From: Longimicrobiales bacterium
GTDB lineage: Bacteria > Gemmatimonadota > Gemmatimonadetes > Longimicrobiales > Gaopeijiaceae
Length of the DNA stretch: 64,000 bases
Reading direction: 5' to 3'
NCBI GenBank assembly: GCA_965116905.1
Contig: OZ220732.1
Span: 832,001 to 896,000, forward strand
The notes beneath the pieces were generated by a model that did not search any database, was not told the origin of the DNA, and was given only the letters and a program-made list of their open reading frames with translations. The translations under genes and the position numbers were made by a program. This document shows, piece by piece, positions 56,489 through 64,000 of the stretch (positions are counted from its first letter, which is position 1; every line of letters begins with the position of its first letter).

Positions 56489-57606
56489 GGACCGCACGTC
56501 TTCTGCCGTTCGCCGCGATCTGCGTCGGCCTCGTCACTCCGGCCGTGGCGGACGGTCAGATTCGACTCCGTGACTTCGTGATCACCGAAGGGGCTTCGCT
56601 CGAGGGCTATCTGGGGAACTTCGCCGCGATTACAGTCCCCCAGATCGACTCGACCGAGAAGGCCGTGGCCGGCGTGGGAGAGGTAAGTGTCCGCGGCATC
56701 CTGCGGCTCATGGGTCGCGAGAACCAGGCCTTCGACGTGGCGTTCGACGGTGGGATCCGCCAGTTTGCGACCGGCGGCTTCCAGCTGCGCAACTACGCGC
56801 CCCGCGAGCACAGCGGAAACGTGCAAACGATGTATCAGCGCCTGATCCGGGGCGGGAACCTGACAGCCGATGCCGGGGCACGGTTCAGGAGCATCTCCGA
56901 CCGGCCTCCGCTGCCCCTTTATCTCGCTCCGGGATACGATCGCTACAATGCGGGTGTGTCCTACCGGTTCCGGGACTTCCTCGATGTGGGCGTCGGGGGA
57001 GAGGTCGCCGATTACGCGGCGCCCAAGGTGTTGCCCGCGCTGGATCTGCTGGACCGGTCATCGCTGGTGGTGAACGCGGGCGTCCAAAAGATCTACCGGG
57101 GTGCGGCCGAGCTTGATCGAAACGACTACTGGGTCATGCGGCTATTCAGCAGCTACAGCTATCACAGCTATCCGCAGCAGGGGCAGGGTTCGCCCCGAGT
57201 CGACCATGCCGTGGGTGCGGGCGCCGCCTTCCAGGGCAGGTGGCAGCGGCTGTCGCTCGAGTTCACGCTGGAGGGAACGCGCAGCCGCTCGACATCGCTG
57301 CGCGTGGAGTACAACGCCGCGCGCCTGAATGGCCGGGCCGACTGGATTCTGGGAGAGAAGACGCAGGTCGGCCTCCTGGGCACGCTGGCACGCAAGCGCT
57401 TCATCCAGCCCGGCCAGGATGCCCTGGTCCCGGGAGAGGAGGCGGACAACGCCTCGATCCTGTACGCCGAGTTGACCCGCCACCTGGGAGAGCGGGTGTC
57501 GGGCGCGTTCCGCTTTGGCTGGCAGAAGGTGGAGACGAATATCAGCGGGGCCTACTATACGCGCTTCGGCGGATCCTTCTACCTCCGGGTCAGGCCCTGG
57601 AACTAG
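56485..57606 (+). CDS. putative outer-membrane beta-barrel protein
   Basis: Signal peptide; many alternating amphipathic strands (YNAGVSYRF, LSLEFTLEG, VSGAFRFGW, GGSFYLRVRPW); GTGA overlap. Confidence 0.7.
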   Translation: MRTARLLPFAAICVGLVTPAVADGQIRLRDFVITEGASLEGYLGNFAAITVPQIDSTEKAVAGVGEVSVRGILRLMGRENQAFDVAFDGGIRQFATGGFQLRNYAPREHSGNVQTMYQRLIRGGNLTADAGARFRSISDRPPLPLYLAPGYDRYNAGVSYRFRDFLDVGVGGEVADYAAPKVLPALDLLDRSSLVVNAGVQKIYRGAAELDRNDYWVMRLFSSYSYHSYPQQGQGSPRVDHAVGAGAAFQGRWQRLSLEFTLEGTRSRSTSLRVEYNAARLNGRADWILGEKTQVGLLGTLARKRFIQPGQDALVPGEEADNASILYAELTRHLGERVSGAFRFGWQKVETNISGAYYTRFGGSFYLRVRPWN

Positions 57607-57666
57607 CCCGGGGCAAAGGGCCGTCCGGGCAGGGAACCACTCCGCAACGAGGCGCGGGCCGAGGCC

Positions 57667-58434
57667 CTACGCGAGTGAGCCGCCGGTCCTGAGGACGATG
57701 CCCAGTTGGGCGGGCAATCCTGCCGCATCGATCGCCGCGACGGCGCGTTCCAGATCATAGGAGACCCGCGGGAAGCGGACCTCGATCCCGCCGTCGGCGG
57801 CGTCTGCGAAGTCCACGAGGTCCACAAGCGCGTAGGAACCGCGTGGATCGCCGTCCTTGGGCCTGCCCACCGAACCGGTGTTCACAAGGGTCCGGCCATT
57901 GAATGTCCTGGCCCAGGCTTTGTGGGTGTGACCGCAGAAGATCGCGTCGCCTTCGCGGGCCCGGAGTCGTCCGATCATCGCGTCGCAGAACCGGGCGGAT
58001 CGGTCCTCGCGCCAATAGACCGTGTTCATGGTGGCCGCCCCGTGAACGAGGATGAGCGTTCGCCCGGGCGTGTGTCCGCCGAATGGCCGCAGATCGAGGC
58101 GGAACGGGAGATTGGCAAGGTACCGTCGGTTGCGCGCGCTGGTGTTCTCGCGGGTCCAGCGATAGCTCTCGGCCGATAGTGCCCGGTGACGGGGGTCGTC
58201 GTGCTGGCAGCCGCAGCTCGGGTGGCCGAGCGCGACGGTCGTGTCGTAGTTGCCCGCCACCCCCGCGATGCCGGCCGCGCGGATCCGTTCGATGACTTCA
58301 TTGGGCCACGGGCCGTAGCCGACGAGATCTCCGAGGTGGTACGTGGCGTCGACGTCCCGGGACGCGATATCGGCAAGAACCGCCTCCAGGGCGGGCAGGT
58401 TGCCATGGATGTCGGAGATGATGGCGATGCGCAC
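57667..58434 (-). CDS. metallophosphoesterase (calcineurin-like)
   Basis: SDIHGN, LGDLVGYG, GNYD, VHG, CGHTH, NTGSVG. Confidence 0.92.
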   Translation of the reverse strand: MRIAIISDIHGNLPALEAVLADIASRDVDATYHLGDLVGYGPWPNEVIERIRAAGIAGVAGNYDTTVALGHPSCGCQHDDPRHRALSAESYRWTRENTSARNRRYLANLPFRLDLRPFGGHTPGRTLILVHGAATMNTVYWREDRSARFCDAMIGRLRAREGDAIFCGHTHKAWARTFNGRTLVNTGSVGRPKDGDPRGSYALVDLVDFADAADGGIEVRFPRVSYDLERAVAAIDAAGLPAQLGIVLRTGGSLA

Positions 58435-58463
58435 GGCGTGTCCGGTCCGGTTGGGCGGTCGGA

Positions 58464-59696
58464 TCAAGGGGCCCGGCGGGCCTGTTCGAGCGCCTCGAGG
58501 ACGTAGTCGATCCCGGCCTCCGTGTGGTCGGCGTTGATCTGGAAGCGGATCGATTCGTCGCCGCGCGGTACGACGGGGAAGGCAAGACCCGTGGCCAGGA
58601 CGCCGGCGTCGAAGAGCGCGGCGACGAGACGGCGCGTCTCGGTCGTGTCACGCACCATGATAGGGACGATGGGGTGGTCACCCGGGATGATCTCGAAGCC
58701 GCGTGAGACGAGGCCGGACTCGAACCGCTTTGTCAGGTCGCGCAGGTGGCGCAGACGCGTCGCGCCCTCCGGTCCCTGGAGGATCTCCAGCGATTTTCGC
58801 GCGGCTGCGGCTTCACCGGAGGTGATGGGGTTCGAGTAGATGTAGAGCGGCGACGCCTCGCGCAGGAAGCGGATCACCGGCGCGCTCGACACCACGTAGC
58901 CGCCATTGACGCCGAACGCCTTGCCCAGGGTGCCCACCAGAAGGTCGCTGGGCGGGCTGCCGGTGTATTCCTCGGTACCCCTGCCGGTGGGCCCGAACGC
59001 GCCGACACCGTGGGAGTCGTCGACCACCACCACGACGTTCTCGGGATAGTCCGGGTCGTGTTTTGTCGCGATCTCCATGATCTCGTCCACCGGGGCGTGG
59101 TCGCCGCGCATCGAGAAGATGCCGTCGGTGACCACGATGGCGCGGCGCGCGCTGCCCTTCGCTTCGTCCAGCTGCCGGTCCAGAGCGGCCAGATCGAGGT
59201 GCGGGTAGATTGCCTTGCCCGCCGGCCGGGACATCCGTATCGCGTTGATGATGCAGTTGTGATTGAGCTCGTCGGAGAGCAGGAAGGTGGTCTTGTCGGT
59301 CAGCGAGACGAGCGCGCTGACGACCGCCGCGTAGGCCGAGGAGAAGATCATCCCCTCTTCCCGCCCGTGAAACGCCGCCAGCGCGCGCTCCAGCTCGATG
59401 TGCGGTGTGTGCGTGCCGGCGATGAAGCGGACTGCCCCCGGCCCGGCGCCCATTGCACGCGCCGTGGTCTCCTCGGCCTCGATGACGTCGGGATGCAGGC
59501 CGAGACCCAGATACGAGTTGGCGTTCATGCGGATGAACGGCTTGTCGCCCTGCCCCTCCAGGAGGAACCGGGGTCCGTGACCGTCACGCGGCGGGACCAC
59601 TTCCCGGACCACGACTTCGGCTCCCTTGGCCGTCCCCGCCGCCTCCATCCCGGCCACCAGGCCATTGACCACGTCGGTCAGGCGATCCATCGGCAT
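58464..59696 (-). CDS. kbl: glycine C-acetyltransferase (2-amino-3-ketobutyrate CoA ligase)
   Basis: ANSYLGL, VRFIAGT, SDELNH, TDGIFSMRG, DDSHGVG, GTLGKA; adjacent to threonine dehydrogenase. Confidence 0.88.
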   Translation of the reverse strand: MPMDRLTDVVNGLVAGMEAAGTAKGAEVVVREVVPPRDGHGPRFLLEGQGDKPFIRMNANSYLGLGLHPDVIEAEETTARAMGAGPGAVRFIAGTHTPHIELERALAAFHGREEGMIFSSAYAAVVSALVSLTDKTTFLLSDELNHNCIINAIRMSRPAGKAIYPHLDLAALDRQLDEAKGSARRAIVVTDGIFSMRGDHAPVDEIMEIATKHDPDYPENVVVVVDDSHGVGAFGPTGRGTEEYTGSPPSDLLVGTLGKAFGVNGGYVVSSAPVIRFLREASPLYIYSNPITSGEAAAARKSLEILQGPEGATRLRHLRDLTKRFESGLVSRGFEIIPGDHPIVPIMVRDTTETRRLVAALFDAGVLATGLAFPVVPRGDESIRFQINADHTEAGIDYVLEALEQARRAP

Positions 59697-59704
59697 CGTG
59701 TCGC

Positions 59705-60676
59705 TTACCTCCGGGCGGTGCCCGATCCCTCACGGGCGAGTTGGCTTCTCAGTCCCCTGAACATGTCCGCCACCATGTCCGGAAGCCCGTATTCGGCGCG
59801 CCAGCCCCACTGTTCGAACGCCTCCGAGTCATCCAGACGCGCGGGCCACGAGTCCGCGATGGCCTGGCGCAACGGGTCCGGTTCGTACTCGATCTCGAAG
59901 TCCGGCATGTGCACGCGTATCGCGGCCGCGAGTTCGGCCGGAGTGAAGTGCATGCCCGTGACGTTGAATGCGTTGCGGTGGACCAGTGCCTCGGACGGTG
60001 CCTCCATGAGTTCGACGATCGCGCGTATCGCGTCGGGCATGTACAGCATGTCCATGCGCGTGTCCGGCTTCAGGAAGCAGGTGTAGCGGCCTTCGGCCAG
60101 CGCGCACCGGAAGATGTCGACGGCGTAGTCCGTGGTCCCGCCGCCCGCCGGTGCCGTGTAGGAAACGAGTCCCGGGAAACGGAGTCCGCGGGCGTCGACC
60201 CCGAAACGGGTGTGGTAGTAGTCGCACAGGAGCTCGCCGGCGACCTTGGTGACGCCGTACATGGTCGTGGGCCGCTGCAGCGTGGACTGCGGGGCCGGGT
60301 CGCTCGGCGTCTCCGGACCGAAGACGGCAATCGAACTTGGCGTGAACACCCGGCAACCCCTTTCGGCCGCGACCTGCAGGACGTTGAGGAGCGTGCCCAT
60401 GTTGATCCGGTAGGCGCGTGCCGGATCCTGTTCGGCCGCCGCGGACAGGACCGCCGCGAGATGGAAGATCTCGGTGGCGCCGAAACCATCCACGGCGCCG
60501 CGAATGGCGCCCGTGTCCAGGGAGTCGAGCTTTTCGGCGTGGTACGCGCCCGCCCACTCCGCGGGATCGCGGATGTCGGTGGCGAGCACCGCCTCGGGCC
60601 CGTAGCGCGTCCGGAGGGCTGTGGCGAGCTCGGTCCCGATCTGTCCGGCGGCTCCGGTTATCAGGATACGCTTCAT
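59705..60676 (-). CDS. tdh: L-threonine 3-dehydrogenase (SDR/epimerase type)
   Basis: GAAGQIG, PSSIAVFG, PTTMYGVTK, GGGTTDYAV, RQAIADSWP. Confidence 0.88.
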   Translation of the reverse strand: MKRILITGAAGQIGTELATALRTRYGPEAVLATDIRDPAEWAGAYHAEKLDSLDTGAIRGAVDGFGATEIFHLAAVLSAAAEQDPARAYRINMGTLLNVLQVAAERGCRVFTPSSIAVFGPETPSDPAPQSTLQRPTTMYGVTKVAGELLCDYYHTRFGVDARGLRFPGLVSYTAPAGGGTTDYAVDIFRCALAEGRYTCFLKPDTRMDMLYMPDAIRAIVELMEAPSEALVHRNAFNVTGMHFTPAELAAAIRVHMPDFEIEYEPDPLRQAIADSWPARLDDSEAFEQWGWRAEYGLPDMVADMFRGLRSQLAREGSGTARR

Positions 60677-60802
60677 GTGGGAGAGATGGCCGACTCTCTG
60701 GATTCTGCGAGGAGGCGATCCGGAACCGGACCGGCCGGCCGTTTGACCGGCCATGAAAAAATGCCGGTAAACGCACCGGGGGCAAGGCTGCCGCCTACGA
60801 AT

Positions 60803-61288
60803 TCATCTGCGGCCGTCTCGCGGTCCCCGCCTGCTGGTCCAGCGGCGAAAGCGTTCGCGATCCAGTCTCCGGAACTCCCGATAGGCCGCGCGCTGATCTT
60901 CGGTCAGAATGCTGTCGATCTCCTGCTGGAGCGAGTCCATCTGGCTGCGGAGACGCGGAAGCACCCCCTCCATGACCTGTTGGGCGGCAACGCGAGAGCG
61001 CTCCATGGCCGCGTCGATCTGCTCCCGCTGTTCGTCCGACAACTGCAGGGACCGGGCCATCCGATCGGTGACCTGCATGCGGGCCAGCTGGTCGAACCCG
61101 GGCGCTCCCCGGATGCTCCCCGGGCGTCTGGCCAGCTCGGGCGCCTGGTCGCGACGCGGAGAACGCGAGTCCTCCCGGAAGTAGGGCTCGGACCGGTTGT
61201 CCATGATTCGAAGCGCGCCCAGCGTCACGGCGGCTCCGGCGAAGAACACTGCGGCGAGCAGTGCGGCGGCGGTGGCTTTCCTGTTCAT
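60803..61288 (-). CDS. Spy/CpxP-like periplasmic helical protein
   Basis: N-terminal TM/signal; LQLSDEQ and ILTEDQ (LTxxQ-type) motifs. Confidence 0.7.
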   Translation of the reverse strand: MNRKATAAALLAAVFFAGAAVTLGALRIMDNRSEPYFREDSRSPRRDQAPELARRPGSIRGAPGFDQLARMQVTDRMARSLQLSDEQREQIDAAMERSRVAAQQVMEGVLPRLRSQMDSLQQEIDSILTEDQRAAYREFRRLDRERFRRWTSRRGPRDGRR

Positions 61289-61677
61289 GGCGCATACTCC
61301 TGGACTGCTTCGACAAGCTCCTCCACGGTCGGCGCGTAGCTCCCCTCGATCCAGGCGGCAACGGACCAGGGCACCATCACCTCGGCCATCGCCACTTCTT
61401 CCGCGCCGCCATCGGCCGGCAGAAGGAGCAGCGTCGCGACGGCTGCCGCGGCAAGCCCGCTGGCGGCCGTGATGACGGGACGCCGCCAACCCGCCAGCGT
61501 ACCGGCGAGCGACGCGTGGCGTCGACGGGCGTCGAGCAGCGGCTGGGCCTCCGCCACGATCCGCGCGACGAGCGCTTCCCAGCGGTTCGGGTCGGTCTCG
61601 GGGTCGAGTTCCGCGGCTGCGGAAGGCCCTGCCCCCGCGGATGCCCGTTTCCTCGGGTCTTTCCGGTGGTCGTTCAT
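61285..61677 (-). CDS. putative single-pass anti-sigma factor
   Basis: Immediately downstream of ECF sigma; one central TM segment. Confidence 0.6.
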   Translation of the reverse strand: MNDHRKDPRKRASAGAGPSAAAELDPETDPNRWEALVARIVAEAQPLLDARRRHASLAGTLAGWRRPVITAASGLAAAAVATLLLLPADGGAEEVAMAEVMVPWSVAAWIEGSYAPTVEELVEAVQEYAP

Positions 61678-61678
61678 T

Positions 61679-62257
61679 TCAAAGGACTCCCTTGACTGCC
61701 TTTGGCCGGAAACCGCTCGAATCCGTGAGCCGTTTCCTCATCGTCTTGCGTGCCATATGGAGGTGGACCCGCGACGAACCGGCCGAGATGCCGAGCCTGG
61801 TCGCGATCTCCCCGTGTCGCCAGCCCTCCAGGTCGTAGAGGACGAGCACCTTGCGCTGCAGTTCCGTGAGGTGTGCCATGGCCTCACGCAACCGTCCGCG
61901 CAGCTCCGCCCTGGCCGTGTCGGCAAACGGGTCGTGGCCGGACGACGCCGATGTCGCCTTCTCCAGCGGGATCGCGGACCTCACGCGGTTGTATTCGCGG
62001 CGATTGTGCGCTGTGTTGCGAACGATCACCATGAGCCATGAACTGAATCGGTCGGGGTTGCGGCACGCGTCGATCTGCTGCAACGCCTTTATGAAAGCAT
62101 CCTGGCACACGCCGTCCGCGTCGCTGGGGTTGTCCAGACTGGCCCTGGCCACCGCGTGCGCGGTTCTCAGGTGCCGCCGGACCAACTGGTCGAACGCGCT
62201 TCGATCGCCGCGGCGAACACGCTCGACAAGGATCCCGTCTGTTTCCCCACTGGCCAT
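61679..62257 (-). CDS. ECF RNA polymerase sigma factor
   Basis: GDRSAFDQLVRRH, CQDAFIKA, FSSWL, LYDLEGWRHGEIA, SRVHLHMAR. Confidence 0.92.
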   Translation of the reverse strand: MASGETDGILVERVRRGDRSAFDQLVRRHLRTAHAVARASLDNPSDADGVCQDAFIKALQQIDACRNPDRFSSWLMVIVRNTAHNRREYNRVRSAIPLEKATSASSGHDPFADTARAELRGRLREAMAHLTELQRKVLVLYDLEGWRHGEIATRLGISAGSSRVHLHMARKTMRKRLTDSSGFRPKAVKGVL

Positions 62258-62331
62258 GGATGTCGGGATGGCTGGAGTTGCGTCGGACGAACCGTGCCTT
62301 CGTTTTGCGGACAGCCAGCCTGCGGGGTTTG

Positions 62332-62676
62332 TTATGAAGCGCTCTCCGTCGAGCCCGGCCCGACCTTGGGAGTCCAGCGTCCGCGGTCCCGGCGCTCGTA
62401 CTTGTCCATGACCCGCTCGAACGCCTCATCCAGGTCGATTCCCTGCTGGTTCGCCAGCGAAACCAGCACGAAGAGGACGTCCGCGATCTCCAGTTCGAGC
62501 TCCGCGGCCGGCTCGTCGGCCCGCTTGGGCTTGGAACCGAAACGATGATTGATCTCGCGCGACAGTTCGCCGACCTCCTCAACCAGGCGGGCGAGGATGG
62601 CGAGCGGTGGCCAGTATCCCTCCTCGAACCGGCCGATCCATTCGTCCACCCGATCCTGAGCCTCGCGGAAATCCAC
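62332..62676 (-). CDS. MazG-like nucleotide pyrophosphohydrolase (YpjD-like)
   Basis: YWPPL, LVEEVGELSRE, EIADVLF, LANQQGIDL, KYERRD; GGAG RBS before GTG 62676. Confidence 0.88.
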   Translation of the reverse strand: MDFREAQDRVDEWIGRFEEGYWPPLAILARLVEEVGELSREINHRFGSKPKRADEPAAELELEIADVLFVLVSLANQQGIDLDEAFERVMDKYERRDRGRWTPKVGPGSTESAS

Positions 62677-62680
62677 TCCC

Positions 62681-63724
62681 TCAGTCCTCTGATCCGGGCA
62701 GCTGCGGGTCCAGGACGAGCTTGCCGAAGACATCGCCCGCCTCGAGCAGCTCGTGTGCCCGCCGCGCCTCGGAAAGCGGCAGCACCGCGTGGATGGGCGG
62801 AGTCGCGACCCCGCGAAAGACAAGTTCCATGGTTTCCCGGAACTCCTCTCGCGTGCCCATCGTGGAGCCGAGGATCGAGAGCTGACGCCAGAAGAGCAAG
62901 CGGATATCGATCTTTCCGCGGGCACCGGTCGTCGCTCCGAAGGACACCAGCCGGCCTCCGACGGCCAGACTCCGCACAAGCTGGGGCCAGATCGCCTCGC
63001 CGACCGAGTCGAGGCAGACGTTGATCCCCCGCTTGCCGGTGGCCTTGAAGACTTCCTTGCTCCAGTCGGTCGTGGTCCGGTCGAAGACGTGATGGGCCCC
63101 CAGGTCGCGGACTTGCCGGGCCCGTTCCTCGGAAGACGTGATCGCATAGACCTCCGCGCCCAGATGCCTGGCGAACTGCACGGCCATACACGACACGCCG
63201 CCGCTCGCACCGGTGATCAGCACGCGGTCCTGTCTGCGAACGCGGCCCCGCGACGTGAGCCCGTGCCAGGCGGTCACGCCGACCAGGGCAGCGGCGGCTG
63301 CGGTGGCCGACGACACGTGGTCCGGGATCTCGACGACGTTCATGGCGGGCACGACGGCGTACTCCGCAAAGCCGCCCTGCGTGTGCTCCCCGATGATCTG
63401 GAAGGGCTCCGCACTGCTCCCCATGCTGGGAGCCAGCCGATACCAGCCGTATTCGAGGGAAGGATCCACGACCACCCGTTTGCCGAGGAGTGAGCGGATG
63501 ACGCCGGGCCCGGTCTTTTCGACAACGCCTGCGATGTCCGCGCCGCCGATGTGCGGCATGGGGATCTCGATCGGAAGCCCGCGGCGCATCCACAGATCCA
63601 GGTGGTTCATGGCCGAGGCCTCGACCCGGATCCGCACCTCTCCGGGCTCGGGCCTGGGGATGTCGACATCCTCGACGGTGACGACCTCTGGGCCGCCGTT
63701 CTCGTGAAACAGCGCAGCCAGCAC
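62681..63724 (-). CDS. MDR family quinone oxidoreductase / zinc-binding dehydrogenase-like
   Basis: GGPEV, NHLDLW, ITGASGGV, GSTMGT, FGKLVL. Confidence 0.88.
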   Translation of the reverse strand: MLAALFHENGGPEVVTVEDVDIPRPEPGEVRIRVEASAMNHLDLWMRRGLPIEIPMPHIGGADIAGVVEKTGPGVIRSLLGKRVVVDPSLEYGWYRLAPSMGSSAEPFQIIGEHTQGGFAEYAVVPAMNVVEIPDHVSSATAAAAALVGVTAWHGLTSRGRVRRQDRVLITGASGGVSCMAVQFARHLGAEVYAITSSEERARQVRDLGAHHVFDRTTTDWSKEVFKATGKRGINVCLDSVGEAIWPQLVRSLAVGGRLVSFGATTGARGKIDIRLLFWRQLSILGSTMGTREEFRETMELVFRGVATPPIHAVLPLSEARRAHELLEAGDVFGKLVLDPQLPGSED

Positions 63725-63835
63725 CTTTGAACCTCCGCGGTTTTGGGCGACGTGGACCTGTTGTCACTAACATAAGGGCAAGACGTTGCGGACGGGGCAG
63801 GGGTGACGGGACCACGGAGACCACGAGGACCACAG

Positions 63836-64000
63836 GTGACGGAGCCAGTGACGGGGCCGGGAACAAGCGAGGACGACCGCACCCTGGGGGGCTATTTCGA
63901 CGTCCACAGCCGCCCGCCCGCGTTCGAGGCGGTCGATGGTCAGCCGTACACGGTTTCCATCGAGACCGAACGGACCGGAGACCTGAAGGCGCCGGTGGCG
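63836..64000 (+). CDS. hypothetical protein, 5' part (runs off the window)
   Basis: Open frame from GTG 63836 with GAGGA RBS: ...SEDDRTLGGYFDVHSRPPAFEAVDGQPYTVSIETE... Confidence 0.55.
   Translation, partial: MTEPVTGPGTSEDDRTLGGYFDVHSRPPAFEAVDGQPYTVSIETERTGDLKAPVA

Noticed and set aside
63759..63772. TGTT-N6-AACA inverted repeat in the last divergent intergenic region
   Set aside because: Only 4-bp arms and a single occurrence; insufficient to call an operator.

Overview
High-GC bacterial chromosomal window spanning the replication origin. Gene content and protein style suggest Gemmatimonadota (inference, not verified). It contains the origin cluster parB-parA-(2x parS)-mnmG-mnmE-yidC-yidD-rnpA-rpmH / dnaA-oriC-dnaN; rsmG, jag and recF/gyrB are missing from their usual positions, and an M23 peptidase-bactofilin pair lies directly behind parB. 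Left of it are the pyruvate dehydrogenase cluster (lipA, pdhABC, lpdA), ispH, glcDEF, a TAXI-TRAP transporter, an orphan PilB/GspE ATPase with a C-terminal double zinc ribbon and many peptidases/amidohydrolases. Right of it are pyrE, a five-gene lipoprotein/histidine kinase/sigma-54 regulator/secreted coiled-coil/putative beta-barrel operon, kbl-tdh and an ECF sigma cassette. I found no rRNA, tRNA, CRISPR array or transposase. The most interesting observations are: (i) a dense set of unrelated 9-24 bp tandem duplications concentrated at gene starts and stops; (ii) a small basic coiled-coil/winged-helix-like protein with near-consensus promoter and RBS (candidate nucleoid-associated protein); (iii) the putative trans-envelope signalling operon; (iv) an ANKH/MATE-like membrane protein missed by the ORF track; (v) the parAB-M23-bactofilin linkage. 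All calls come from reading the sequence by eye; no database searches were run.
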